From NCBI RefSeq assembly GCF_001194135.2, contig NC_068982.1:67035202-67099201 (forward strand): 64,000 nucleotides of DNA, written 5' to 3'. Positions 26,450 to 39,045 of the stretch are shown in pieces (the stretch's first letter is position 1; each line of letters begins with the position of its first letter). The notes below the pieces were generated by a model that saw only the letters and a program-made list of their open reading frames with translations, did no database searches and was not told the DNA's origin. Source of the stretch: Octopus bimaculoides (lineage: Eukaryota). Both the position numbers and the translations under genes were made by a program.

Positions 26450-29400
26450 TCAACCCTGAGTTTTTCTCAGACCTATCAAAAGCAGAGCAAGTTTAGCAGT
26501 GCCTAGATCATGAACTGTCATCCAGTAATTACCACACCATTGAAAATACATTGTGCACTCTAAAGACTGGCATCTCTGCAGCTTGTCAGGAGTTTCTGAA
26601 TTTCATGGCAGGAGAATACTGTCTCTGGTTTGATAAAAACAACACCCAGATAAGAAGTTGATTGACAGAAAGAGAGCAGCTCGCCATGCTTACCAAAACA
26701 ACAAAAGCTTGTCAGCAAGCACAGGCTGCAATCCAGAAATAAATATGTGCTATGAAAAACAATTGATAGTAAGTGAAATCACTTGAAATTCAGAAATAGT
26801 TTGACACAAGCAGTTTTTTCAGTATAGCTAAAGTGATTTTTGGCCCAAGTTCAAGTCCTACGTCTGTTGAATTGCAAAATGGTACAAATATTAGGGAGGA
26901 TAATGTATAGGGTATTTGGGCTAAATTTGGTAATCTCTTTACAGGAACTGCTTGATGTATTGGTGAACGGTCAGTGGTGTTGGAGAGCATAAAGATTGAA
27001 GTTATAGTTGAGAAAAAGTTAGGTGACTGGAAACCATCTGAATATTAGAAATAGCTGCTTGTATCATGATGATTCATGCTGGATATCAAAATGCCAACAT
27101 TATGATTGCTGTTCAATGCTCTATGAACACTGTAAAGGTTGTAAGACATGACATGGACAGTTGCAATGAAGACTATGAAGCCATGACCAGCAGGAAGTGA
27201 CACAGCAGGCATCCTGACTGTGTTCATATGTTGGAATCCATCCCCACATCTTTGAATGGGACCTTAAGCTCAATTCAGACAGTAATGTGAAGTTACTAGA
27301 GACTGTAGTCAATCCCTGGCTGGAAAGAGTTGCTACTGGAAATCCATATGTATGGTAGCAGGATTTGGCTTCTTGCCATTTCTCTATCTAGAGTCAGAAG
27401 TAGTTGTCAGGGAATTTCTTTGACTTTACCAATCCTAATTTCTAGCCTCCTAATTCCCCAACTTGTAGTCCCATAGATTACTATGTGTTGGGCACAGCTG
27501 AGAAAGACACCTACCACTCTACATACAACACCAAGGCTGAGTTGGTGGCCAACATCAAGGAGGTGATTGAAGATCTTCCGAGGGACACAGTGAGGAATGC
27601 ATGTGTCAAGGTCCGTAGCTGTCTTGAGGCCGTAGGGGAAGCTGAGGGCAGCTACTGTTATCTCCCAGCCATAATCTAGTTGATATTCTTTGATATTTTA
27701 AAAATACTTTTATTTTTGGATGGGATATTGTGTTGTTTTTTTTTTTCATTTCATACAAAATGTCAAATTTAGGTTGAATACCCTGCAACTGTCAATAATC
27801 CAAGGAAAAAACATTTGGAAACTTGTTTCATTGTGTCTGTGCAGCCAATGTAAGATCTCTAGGTTACATCACACTAAAAGCCAATGATAAATAACTTCTG
27901 ATATAGTTGGACCACAAAAATAAAAAAATTTTTTTAAATAATCTGTTCCTGAAAATAAAATGGCACCCAGTTCTAATGGAATTCTGATTGAAATATATCT
28001 ACATCAATTAGAGTATATAGTTTAACAGTAAAGTTTCAGATATTGTTTTTGCTAATCCGAATGTGAAAGGGATATCAGTTGAGCTCAAATAAGGAACTGT
28101 TATAATCATCTTCAAGACAGAGACTCAGATTGTGCCTTCTAAATTGGAAACTTCTTACCTGCTGGAAAAATTTTGGCTTGAATCCTTCTTGACCAACTTA
28201 CTTATTCCACTATTGGAGACTTGCCTGTTTGAATCTCAAGCTAATTTTTGACACTCCAGAGGCACTATTAATGTGATTTTCAGCACTTATCAGTTGCAAG
28301 AGAAACTCTGCAAGCAACATATGCTTTTCTTTGACCTCAACATGGCATTTGATTCCATAAATCAAAAACTTCTGTGGAAAGTACCAGTAAAACTTGACTG
28401 CCCACAAAACCTCAACATAATCACGTGACTCCTTTGTGACACCATGACAGCCAAATTACAATGCCATCTTTCCACTAGAGATCAGTTTGAAATGCAAACA
28501 GGAATAAAACTGGCATATGTATTTCGCATCTATGCTCTTTTCCACTTTCCTCTCAGCCATGCTCAAGTTCACACATGGGCAAACTCACACCTGATGTCCA
28601 TACTGCACAAAATGGTGATGCATTCAACTCTGACTGATTCCATGTCAGAACAAAGACTACAACTACTTAGGTAATTGAATTTCAATACATAAGCAGTGCC
28701 TCACCGAGTGTGAATTCAGCAACAACTATGCTCACCATTATTTTCACTGATGAATATGAGAGCATGGTTCTAACTCTCAGCATAAATGAAATAAAAATCT
28801 TGCATCAACTAGCATCCAACAAGTAAGTACTTAGGTACTTGTTCCAGTCATTTGAGTAAATGGATTGACAATGGAAAATATATAATACTTCCTGTTTTGG
28901 GGTTGTCATGTATTACAACCTGTACATATTGATGAGGCAACCCAGCACTGGATAAAATGCACCAGGTCTATGTTTGTTTGTCTGTGAAGATGAGTATATG
29001 AAGATCATGACATGAGACAAACAGCCGAACTTATGGTATGTAAGGCTGTTTTACTCACAATATAGTTTTGAAATCTGGATAAGTTATAGGCGACTAATCA
29101 ATAAGCTGGAAGTATACCATCAGAGATGTCTGACGAAAAACATGCACAGGAGTGACCGAGGAGTGTTAGTGTATTTGAGCAAGCCCAATATCTCCTGCAT
29201 TGAAATCATGCTTTTGTAACCTCAACTTTGAGGAGCTGACCATGTCATGCAAATGGCAGATCATTTGTTGTCCAAACAATTATTTTACTTCTATTTGATT
29301 GAAGGAAACCATATATGAGAAGAATAAAGAAGAGTTTCTTTCAAAGACATGAAATAAATTTGAAATGTGGCACCATTGTATATAAGTGAAAATCATTGTT

Positions 29401-29520
29401 AATTAACCAACACAAGGAGAGATGCATCTACTATGATGAAACATGACACTTTGATCCAACATGAACAAACATCTCAATGAAGAATGTGATCATAGAAAGC
29501 CATGTGAAGCCACAAACAGT
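26450..29520 (+). mobile_element. RTE-clade LINE ORF2 relic, interrupted by a mariner at 27045-27785
   Basis: WFDKNNTQIR-like linker (~26625), QLQEKLCKQH...FFDLNMAFDSINQKLLW (~28290), YRRLINKLEVYHQRCL (~29085); heavily mutated. Confidence 0.75.
27045..27785 (+). mobile_element. DD37D (maT-like) Tc1/mariner relic, internally deleted
   Basis: YVW*QD-x37-DYYVLG (37 codons counted between the two Asp), C-terminal VRSCLEAVGEAEGSY, right end GTTGAATACCCTG. Confidence 0.85.
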
Positions 29521-29609
29521 GCCTTTTTATTTCTGTGAACCAACCAGAACCTGGTTTACAATGAACTTGTGGATCCTATATAGTTACATTCGCCTACACA
29601 GTTACATTG

Positions 29610-29960
29610 GCCTACATATTTGGTGAACAGCTTTCCTCAACTCCTAGGGGTTGCTGGTGATATATGTTACATAGAAAATATAACTGTCTCCTCTCAGTCT
29701 TTTTTTATGACTACTATAATGGTCTCTGCTCCTCAGAGCTGGCTAGTCTTGTACCTTCACTCCTCAGGTATCCTTGTCCCACTTACCTTTCTACCTCTGC
29801 ACCCTTGATGCATTCAACCTCCGTTTCTTTCGTACTAACCATTATGTCCAATCCTTCATCCCCAGAATATAATCCCCCTGGAATCTCTTCCTTGCTCATG
29901 TCTTTCCTGCTGGTGTTGACTGGCAACATATTTTACACACTATCACCAGTCTCAAAAGCC
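29610..29960 (+). mobile_element. CR1/Jockey-type LINE extreme 3' fragment
   Basis: FYDYYNGLCSSELASLVP...RTNHYVQSFIPR...WNLFLAHVFP, a typical LINE ORF2 C-terminus. Confidence 0.6.
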
Positions 29961-30269
29961 TTCAAGTGTCATGGGTTCTGCCCTTTTCTTCAAACTTAGA
30001 AAATAAAAAGAAATGAGTTTCTTTTGGTTTGCTGGTACAGAATATACCTTAAATCTATCATCAACATTTCTTGATAAGCCTAGAAACATTGGAAGAAAGG
30101 GAGGAGCAGGGAACTATATCAGGCAGTTAAAAGAGAAGCAAGAGGTCAGGTATACTTTGGCAATGTTCTATGAGGAGAGAATCCGGCACAAGATAGTCCA
30201 CATTGCTAAACAATGTCTGAAATGTAATATTCTGGAAAAGTGTGTTTTGAAATGACACTGATGCACTTA

Positions 30270-32400
30270 ACTTTCACCATTCCTGAAAAGAAAGAAGTTT
30301 GGAAATGATATTACAAGAGTTTGCTGAACTTAGAGTACACAGTGAAGTCTAATCCAAGCAACATCAATAGAGGGACCTACTTCTGACAATGACATATGTA
30401 TGATTGAAAGCACAATTAAAGAGATAAAAAGAAGAGAGCAGGTGGCTCATCAAGAATAGTCACTGAGATATTGAAAATATTTGATGAAGTAGGACATGCA
30501 CTGTACACTTGCATAGTTAGTCAAGTGACATATCATCATCATCATCATCACCATTATCTGCAACAAGGACAAAAGAAATGCTCCAGAAACAAACATCTGC
30601 ATAAGTATCAAACCAAGATAGGAATGTAACAGAAAGAATATTAGCACTGTTTATCAGGAAGAGAATCAGTTTAGATGAGATGTAGTTTGAATTTCTGTGA
30701 AGACAGGGTGCTACTGACGTTTTGCCCTTATCAAATACTTGTGAAGTTTTTTGGCCTCCTCATCCTTTGAAAAAAACAAAATAGAATTTGCATTCATAAA
30801 ATTTATCTTTCTTCATCTTAGTTTTGGAGAAATGTAAAAAAAAGTTTGATGTCATCTTAATTTTGTTAAAAACCAGTAATCAGTTTCCACTTGCTTTTCA
30901 ATTCTTACAACTTCCTGCTATGAGAAATACTGCTCTGGGCCATAACAGAGGAATTTAAGACAGACTCTGTAGGAACTTTAATATGTCCATGACCTAGTTG
31001 TCACAACTTTGTTGAAGATTTGCCCAAGAAATTCTAAATATGAAAGGAAAACTGATATTTGAAACTTCAAAGTAAATCTAGCAAAGACAAAAGTTTTAGT
31101 TAGCAGAGAAGAAAACAATAAGTGACCATACTTAATATGCAGAAAAAGAGTTGGTAAGAAATCTATATGGTGTTTTCAGTGTATGCTTTGGTGCACAAAA
31201 GGTGTGATAGAATTGCAAACTAGCTAGCAGAGAAAGAAACACTGCAAAGGAACAGATGCATAGCTGCAATTAGCAGTAACTACAAGCCTGAAGTAAATTA
31301 TTTCAGATGCTAAGAAGACTCACTAAAAATAGTTGATACTGCCTCATACCACCATCCTTCCATTTTCACCACTCACTATTTCTGGGAAGGTTGTTGGGGT
31401 AGAGTCCTCTGGCACTGCTTCCATGGGGTCCTATCAAAAGCAACCCTCATTACATTTTCTGGCTTGATTTCTATGTGTGACCAGCTGAAGTTCTTCTTGT
31501 CTTGTAATGGCATTCACTTGGGCTCCTATTGAGTTCACTGTGGTTGTGAGTTCATAGGAGTTTCAAGGGATGATCAGAGTTCACGAAAACAGTTCCCATC
31601 TGTATTTGTAAGCCACCATACATGACCAGTGGCAGGTTGTTCTCGTGTTATGCCTTCTCGCTGCAGGATGCCCACGGATGCAATCCAACACCATCAGGAA
31701 GCAGACAGATTCTGGAACAGGTGCCACCTAGAATTCACCATTACTTTCCAGTTAGCCAGGTTGTGGCCCTGGTGTCAGACCTGTCTGCCTTTGGTGACCC
31801 TACCAGTGGCTTGAAGTCTCTGACAGCATAGCTCTGACACTTACTCGTTTAACCTTTCCACCACAATGAGGTCAAGGGTTGGACTTTGAGGAAGAACCAG
31901 CTGAGATAATAGATATTATCTAATCAGCTCAGTCTTGATCTACCCTTAGGTATCCTGCCTGTTGACTTGGCTTGAGGAATCCATCATGCAATTCTTTCCT
32001 GCAATGTTCTAATCACATGCCACTTATCTAACTGACTTAAATGGCAATTGCAATTAGTGTTCTGAAGGCATAGCAGCCAGTGTTCAGGAGAAATGCTTCA
32101 TTGTTCCATGATACGTGTAATGTTAGTGTATGGTGATCAATGAAACACAAATGAGAAGAGAGAAAAACTGGATGTAAGAGGGTGGTTGTGTAATGTGTAT
32201 GGCAACTGATAGTTGAGTGAAGAAGTACCAAGCAATCTAAGTGGAGAGAACCCTAGGAGAATGTGAGAAGAAATAATGGAAGTTAGTCTTACAATGCTGA
32301 ATCTCAAAAAGATGACCAGTGATTGTGACAAAAAGAGAGAAGGTGTGATGGAGGGGATCCAACTAACTCAAGAAAACATTGGAAAACAGACATAAATAAT
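30270..32400 (+). mobile_element. degenerate RTE LINE, split by an opposite-strand insertion at about 31340-32020
   Basis: KVNLAKTKVLVS (~31070) and a YADDL-like remnant (~30980); the 3' part 32040-32400 parallels 32666-32989. Confidence 0.6.
31340..32020 (-). mobile_element. RTE-like 5' UTR and 3' fragments
   Basis: Minus strand has GGTAGGGTCACCAAAGGCAGACAGGTC (RTE-like 5' leader as recalled) and PENVMRVAFDRTPWKQCQR (LINE C-terminus-like). Confidence 0.4.
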
Positions 32401-32429
32401 GATGCTCATATATGATATATTGTGTCCTC

Positions 32430-32700
32430 TTCATTTAATGTCAGTTTTCCATGCTGGCATGAGCTGGACAGCTTGACAGCAGCTGGTAAGGCTTGGGGCC
32501 ATACCAAGCTCCATTGTCTGTTCTGGCATGGTTTCTATGGCTGGACGTCCTTCCTAATGTCAACCACTTTACAAAGTGTACTGGATGCTTTTTATGTGGT
32601 ACCAGCACCAGTACTTTTTAGGTGACACTAGCACCAGTGCTTTTTATGTGCCACAAGCACCAGTATCAATTCAATTGTAATGGACAAGTCTTCTTGAGTA
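32430..32700 (-). mobile_element. family B SINE
   Basis: TTTAATGTCAGTTTTCCATGCTGGCATG...CTTCCTAATGTCAACCAC is the reverse complement of the family B 3' end. Confidence 0.8.
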
Positions 32701-34150
32701 CAGCGATAACCCATATATCTCTATCCTTTGTCATCTCCCCTGCAAGGCTCAGCATTTTGAGATCAACCTTCAGTACTTCATCCCATGTCTTCGTGGATTT
32801 CACTCTTCCATGAGTTCCATCCATTTTAAGTGAATGGCAACTGTTAACATCCATATGCATCACATGATAAAACCAGCACAGTCTTCTCTCTTGTACACTG
32901 CATTTAGTTCCTCTTATGCCTAACTTCTCTCTCAATACACTAGTGCTCTGTTGCACATGTACGCTGTCATTGCACATCCAGTGGAGCATACTAGCTTCAT
33001 TCCTCTCTTGCCTTCACATGTTCTCTACATTCAGGGCTGATGTCTCACTACCATGCATCATACAATCTTCCTTTCACTTGAAGAGAGAGATCTTTGGTTT
33101 CCAAGAGGTAAAAGCTCTCTGAATTCTTTCCATCTTATTCTTGTGATTACACTTTCTGTACATCCTCCCCACTCTTCTAATTATGTCCACTAGGTAATAG
33201 AAATTGTCTACTACCACCAAAGAACCTCCAGAGCATTTGAGAAAATTGATTTCCCAAATATCTAGTTTTTAAGGTTCCTAAACATCCTCCACATACAAAC
33301 ACTACTTTCTCTGATAACCTTCCTATTATTCCACTGTACCTCTTGTGTGTCCATAGCTCGCACTGGATACACTGTATGGAAGTCCTGCTTACACCTTTCT
33401 TACATATCAAGCAGGGCCATGTACCTAATGGGGGTAGGGTTCTGTCCATTTTCTGGCTTGCTAGAACTTTAGTCTTTGCTAAGTTAACGTTAGAGCTCTT
33501 TGATTCCACACTTGAAATTTCTTTTCTAGTTTTATTACAGAATCTACTATAAATGGAATACCATTCCTCTGTTATGTCCTGGAGGACGGTGATGCATAGG
33601 AGGGGGGTGTGTCTAAGAACTGAACCCTGATGAATACCTACTTGTACACTAAATTTATCACTATACTCATGGTTAACTCTCACCTTACTGACAGAACGTC
33701 TGTACATGGCCTGTACAGCTTTCACAAGCCATTCATCTACCCTTAGCTTCTGCAGAGCCCACCATACCACACAGTGGGGTACTCTGTCAAAGACTTTCTC
33801 CAAGTCAACAAATGCCAAGTACAATGGTTTATTCTTAGCTAAATACTTCTCTTGCAATTATCTGACTATAAAGATAACACCATTCGTGCTTCTCCCTGGC
33901 ACAAAGCTAAACTGCATTTCATCTAATCTGATTCAATTCCTAATTAATTGGGCTATAACTCTTTCCCTAACTTTCATGACCTAGTCCAGCAATTTGATGC
34001 CTTTGTAATTACTTCTATCTAAGGCATCTCCCTTGTCCTTGTAGCAGCTGACTATAATGCTGCTACACTAGTCATTGGGGGTGATACCCTCCTGAATAAC
34101 CTGATTAACTATAGGGTTGACTAGACCGTATCTTACTCCACCAGATATTT
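32680..34150 (-). mobile_element. RTE-clade LINE reverse transcriptase and 3' end
   Basis: IVSCYKDKGDALDRSNYKGIKLL, ORF 33177-33857 (QEKYLAKNKPLYLAFVDLEKVFDRVP...GIHQGSVL), ORF 32666-32989 (ERRLCWFYHVMHMD...KTWDEVLKVDL). Confidence 0.9.
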
Positions 34151-34216
34151 TAAGCATCTAAGTGGTAACTCCTGATTATTGAAGAGCTTTCTCTGTCCTC
34201 ATATCCTCCATTAATG

Positions 34217-34255
<39 letters not shown>

Positions 34256-34299
34256 TAATAATAATAAATGGAGCAAAACGCNNNNNNNNNNNNNNNNNN

Positions 34300-34328
<29 letters not shown>

Positions 34329-34335
<7 letters not shown>

Positions 34336-34476
34336 TAATAATAATAAATGGAGCAAAACGCATATAAATAAAAGTTCCTTTAATTCCTACACGTTTCAGA
34401 ATATATGAGAGAGTGTAGGAATTAAAGGAACTTTTATTTATATGCGTTTTGCTCCATTTATTATTATTATTCATAT
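34329..34476. repeat. perfect 64-bp inverted repeat with 20-nt loop
   Basis: 34329-34392 is the exact reverse complement of 34413-34476; loop GTTTCAGAATATATGAGAGA. Confidence 0.95.
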
Positions 34477-34741
34477 CTTCTCAAAATGTATCACTTTAAC
34501 TTGGTATCTCTACCTGTAAAACGGCTGTGATATCTTGGTTTCTAATGTAATTTTGCTACCTATGGTAACTATTAACATATTTACATTATCAAAGGTTTTT
34601 TTAAAACTGAGATAATATTAATATATACATAAACTAAATTATATATATATATTACTTTGGTTGTATCAGTCTCTTGCTACTATGAGTTTTACCTGTGGCT
34701 ACACAGGGTCTTCAGGTAAATTATGACTGAAATAATTATGG

Positions 34742-35185
34742 AGGCATGACTGTGTGGTTAGAGGTTTGCTTCCGAACCATATGATTCTGGGTTCAATCCC
34801 ACTGTGGCCAAGTATCCTCTACTATAGCACTGGTGTTATGAGTGCATTTGGTAGACGGGAACTGAAAGATGCCTGTTGTGTGTGTGTGTATATACGTATA
34901 CATATATGTGTATATATTTATATATACATATATTTTTATTTATATATTTATGTATATATCTTTGTATTTGTGTTTGTCCCTCAACACTACTTGAGAGCTG
35001 GTGCTGATTTGTTTATGTACCTTTAACTTAGTGGCTCAGCAAAAAGAGCCTGATAGAATAAGCACTAGACCTAGAAAAACAAAAAAAAAAAGAAATGTAC
35101 TGGGATTGACTTGTCCAGCTAAACCCTTCAAAGTGGTGCCCTGGCATAGCTGCAGTCTAATGACTGAAACAAGTAAAAAATAATG
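34742..35185 (+). mobile_element. SINE family A, near full length
   Basis: Head, GGTAGACGGGAACTGAAAGATGCC, microsatellite, GATAGAATAAGCACTAG, tail AACAAGTAAAAAATAA. Confidence 0.85.
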
Positions 35186-36060
35186 ATAAAAGATGTATTA
35201 AAAAAGTGAGCAGTTGGATTTGTAGCCATTTTATTGTCACTGATTCAGTGCTCACTTATTTGATATCAGATGTATTCCTCCTCCTCCTCCTCTTCTGTTT
35301 TTATGTTTGAGGAGAGGGAAATTGTTTATGTCAGTTGTATTCAATTAACAGTTTATAATCCCTTTCTCTCTCTCTCACTCTGTCTATCTGTACATGTGCA
35401 TGTGTATGTGTATTGTTGTCAAAAGTAGGCTGAATGTCCAGTCAACTGTGCCAAGTCATCAGTGTCCAAACGGCAGCACCAAATGTCTCATTCTGTATGT
35501 ATGTGTTACAGAGAGACATGGTCCTCCAATCTATTGGATCCTGTCAAACTGTACAACTCTGTCAAACTGTCCAACTCTGTCAAACTCTTTTCCACACTGA
35601 CAGTGTGGAAGTGACAGGCATGAAATGATGATGTATGTCCATCCTGTAGCATGCAAAAGAAGTTGTAAAAATAGTGTTGCTGCTGATTTATGTGTGTGTG
35701 TGTGTGTGTTAGTTTGACTCTAACAGGCAGTCATTGACCTGGAAAGTAAGAGAAGGCATGCAGTTGAATATAAGATATTTTATGAAATGCTCTACTGATT
35801 CTGCTGTCAAGAAATTGGTCTATATCAGAACAGAAATAGTTTTGTTCTTAGAGCAAAAATAGTTTTGTTCATTCTGTATATGATATGGAATGTCACTCAT
35901 CATCATTATCACCACCATTATCATCTCTACATTCTCTTTCCCATGCATGAGTTGGAGTGATCTCAACATACCTCGTTTCCAGTCGTAGCTCTTTGTTATC
36001 TGCTTGGTGCAGAAGTAGCAGACAAATTTGAAATTTCCTTCAAATCACCAATAATATCCC

Positions 36061-36350
36061 TATCTTATCTGCAGTATCACTAGATCATTTGCAGTATCAG
36101 CATATCATGTGGAGTATTGTCATATTATCTGAAATATCAGTGTATTATCTGGAATATTAGTATATCATCTGGAATATTGCCACTTCATCTACAGTATTGC
36201 CACTTCATCTGCAGTATCATTAGTTCATATGGAGTATTGTTATTTTGTCTGGAGTATCATCACTTTGTCTGTGGTATTGTTAATTTAATTGGACTATCAT
36301 TATTTCATCTGGAATATCATTAATTTATTTGTGATATCATTAATTTGTCA
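36061..36350. repeat. 20-bp minisatellite, about 14.5 diverged units
   Basis: Units such as CACTTCATCTACAGTATTGC, CACTTCATCTGCAGTATCAT and TATTTCATCTGGAATATCAT in exact 20-bp register. Confidence 0.9.
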
Positions 36351-36898
36351 ACAGTAGGGGTTCCCAACCACGAGGCTGTGAATTATTTGGTACCATAGAA
36401 AGAATAAGTTTTTAAAATTTTTTTATTTCATTAGCTATCACAATTTGCAGGTTGTTTTTGCATTGTATGTGTATTATATGTGTAATAATGAAATTATATA
36501 TTATACACTTTGTGTTTTGTTATGTGTATGATTTCCTGGTCTGTGGAAAAATTGTCTTGCATGAAACCAGTCCATGGTGCAAAAAAAAAAAAAAAAAGAT
36601 GGTTTGGGACTGTTGGATTATGGTGTCATTGGTGTCTGGAGTGTCACCAATTAGTCTGAAAAAATCATAAGATTATTAGATTTTTATTAATTTGAACCAA
36701 TGACAGAGCTAGATACTTATTGAACTTATGTCAATCTTCCTTCACCCCCACTCCTCAAAAGACAAACAAACAAATGTTCACATAATCTTTAAAGTAGAAT
36801 CTGTATATTTGAAGTTCTAAATATTAGGTTACTATTCAATAAAGGCAAGATGATCTTGGTAACAAAATGTTTAATAAATATTTAATTCAATCAGTTAC

Positions 36899-36938
36899 CT
36901 TTATACTGAGTCACATCAAGCAGAGTTGGCTTGTAATA
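36899..36938 (-). CDS. candidate 40-nt exon (YYKPTLLDVTQYK)
   Basis: Minus-strand acceptor gctgttgttgtttcag, donor AAAG/gtaact, one open frame of three; isolated. Confidence 0.25.
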
Positions 36939-37880
36939 CTGAAACAACAACAGCAGCAGCAGCAGAAATAATTTCTGATACTTTAGAAGAGAATTAGTAA
37001 AGAAGAGATATACTGAACTTAAAAATCTGTTCAAATCTGTGTTTGAAGTTCTGTATCTGTGCTTTTACTGTCAAGTATTGGATTTTACACAGTTCAGTAT
37101 TTAAATGAAAAGGAATGATGATGCTATTATTTAGAAGAGAAAGAGAGAGTTAGTGAAAATAATGACAAACTATTGGATAATGATATTTCCATATATCATT
37201 GAAGAAAGAATGTCAGAAAGATCATTATTTATTGATAGATAACTGTTTCCACTCATTATTTAGGTAGTTGGTGAAAAATTATGTTAAGTAAACCCCACCC
37301 CCACCCCACCCCCTCAAATGAAATACCAAAATATCATAGAGCATGCATTTCTTCCACAAATAAATGGAAGTTGAGTCTAAGTGAAAGGAAATTAACTTGT
37401 CTTTTAAAAGAACCAGGTGAAATGATGAAAAGGTAACATTAAATTGTGATGTGAGAGGGAAAAAATATGATGTCATTTTGTTGGAAAATGTTTTGTAACT
37501 GACATATTTTAGCATTACACCTACTGCAGTTATATTTCAGTAAGGCATCTGCTTAGAAATAATCTTATCTGTTAATTAAATATCAATAATAATCTCATAG
37601 ATTCCTTACAGCTCTTTTCATAAAAAAAGGGAAAAAAGTGAAATTGACAGTTGATACTCTGTCATATTTCAAATTGATTTTAGTTATGTGAAAAATTTTC
37701 ATAAAAATTTTGAAAGCTGTAAGAATTTCAAAATCTTCTAAAAAGTTTATATTTTTTGTTTTGTTTTGTTTTGTTTTCTCTTCAAGAATATCAGAAATGG
37801 TAAGGAAGGCAAAAGAAGAAAAAAAAAAAAATGCCGTCATTCTAAATATGATAGTCTTTAAAATTATTTTTGAACATATA

Positions 37881-38282
37881 GATGCAGATATTGCTGTGTA
37901 GTTAAGAAGTATACTTTGTAACCTTGAGGTTTTGGGTTCAGTCCCATTACACAGAACATTGGGCAACTGTCTTCTATTATAGCTCCAGGCCAACTAATGC
38001 TTTGTGAGTGAATTCAGTTGACAGAAACTGTGTGAAAGACTTTCATACATACATTACAAACATCGTGTGTGTGTGTGTGTCTTTATAGTTGTGTTTGTCC
38101 TTCACCTCACTGCTCACTGTTTGTTTACAACCCTATAACTTAATAGTTGAGCAAAAGAGACCAATAGAACAAGTGCCAGATTTTAAAAGTAAGTACTTGG
38201 GTCAATTTAGTCAACTAAAACTCTTCAGAGTGGTGCCTTGAAGTGTTTTAGTAATTTTTTTTGAAATAAGTAAAAGATAGAA
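37881..38282 (+). mobile_element. SINE family A
   Basis: Head, GACAGAAACTGTGTGAAAG, GCAAAAGAGACCAATAGAACAAGTGCC, tail AAGTAAAAGATAG. Confidence 0.8.
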
Positions 38283-38844
38283 GAAAATGATACTGGAAAA
38301 TGCTTTGTATGGAAAGCTTTGAGTTAAGTGTGGGTTAAGAGATATAAAGGAGTGTACTGGAAAGGATTTTTAATAAATTTAATCAATCAATAATACATGC
38401 ATAATGAGAAGATTCTCATTAAGAGTGTATTTCAAATTAATTAAATTTGTTTTTTTTTTGGCTCACTTGGTTCTGTATGTTAACCCTTACAAAATCTTTT
38501 TTTCAATATAAATGTGTACTTTACACATTCAAAAATGTGAAATAAGTAATCCTTTATTTGAAAAACAGGTAAGGGTTAGCAACAGGAAAGGCATCCAGCT
38601 GTAAAACAATACCTCAAAAAGGTATTCATCTAAACTTGCATGGAAAACTGAATGAATAAGGCACAGATGTGGCTGTATGGATAAGAAGTTTACTTCCCAA
38701 CCACATGGTTTCAAGGTATAAGAGTTATATATCCTGTACATGTACACTTTTTTTCACTGAGTAAACTGTTATATTGATGTAACTTAGAGAAGTTACTGTT
38801 CATAACATATAACATCCCATAATTTACCATTATTATTTCTAATG

Positions 38845-39045
38845 CCAGAATTGATAGCATGCTTGGCAAAACGCTTAGCAGCATTTTGGTTGTCTTTATG
38901 TCCTAGTTCAAATGTTGCCGAGGTTGATTTACCTTTCATCCTTTTGGGGTAGATGAAATAAGTACCAGTTGATCATTGGGGTTGATGTAATCAACTAGCT
39001 CCCTTCACCCAAAGTTGCTGGCCTTACGCTTATAGTTGACAGGAT
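38845..39045 (+). mobile_element. SINE family C
   Basis: GAGGTTGATTTACCTTTCATCCTTTTGGGGTAGATGAAATAAGTACCAGT...GGGGTTGATGTAATCAACT. Confidence 0.85.

Noticed and set aside
34252-34360. Direct duplication of ATGAATAATAATAATAAATGGAGCAAAACGC
   Set aside because: Identical copies flank an 18-N gap; most likely a contig-overlap artefact.
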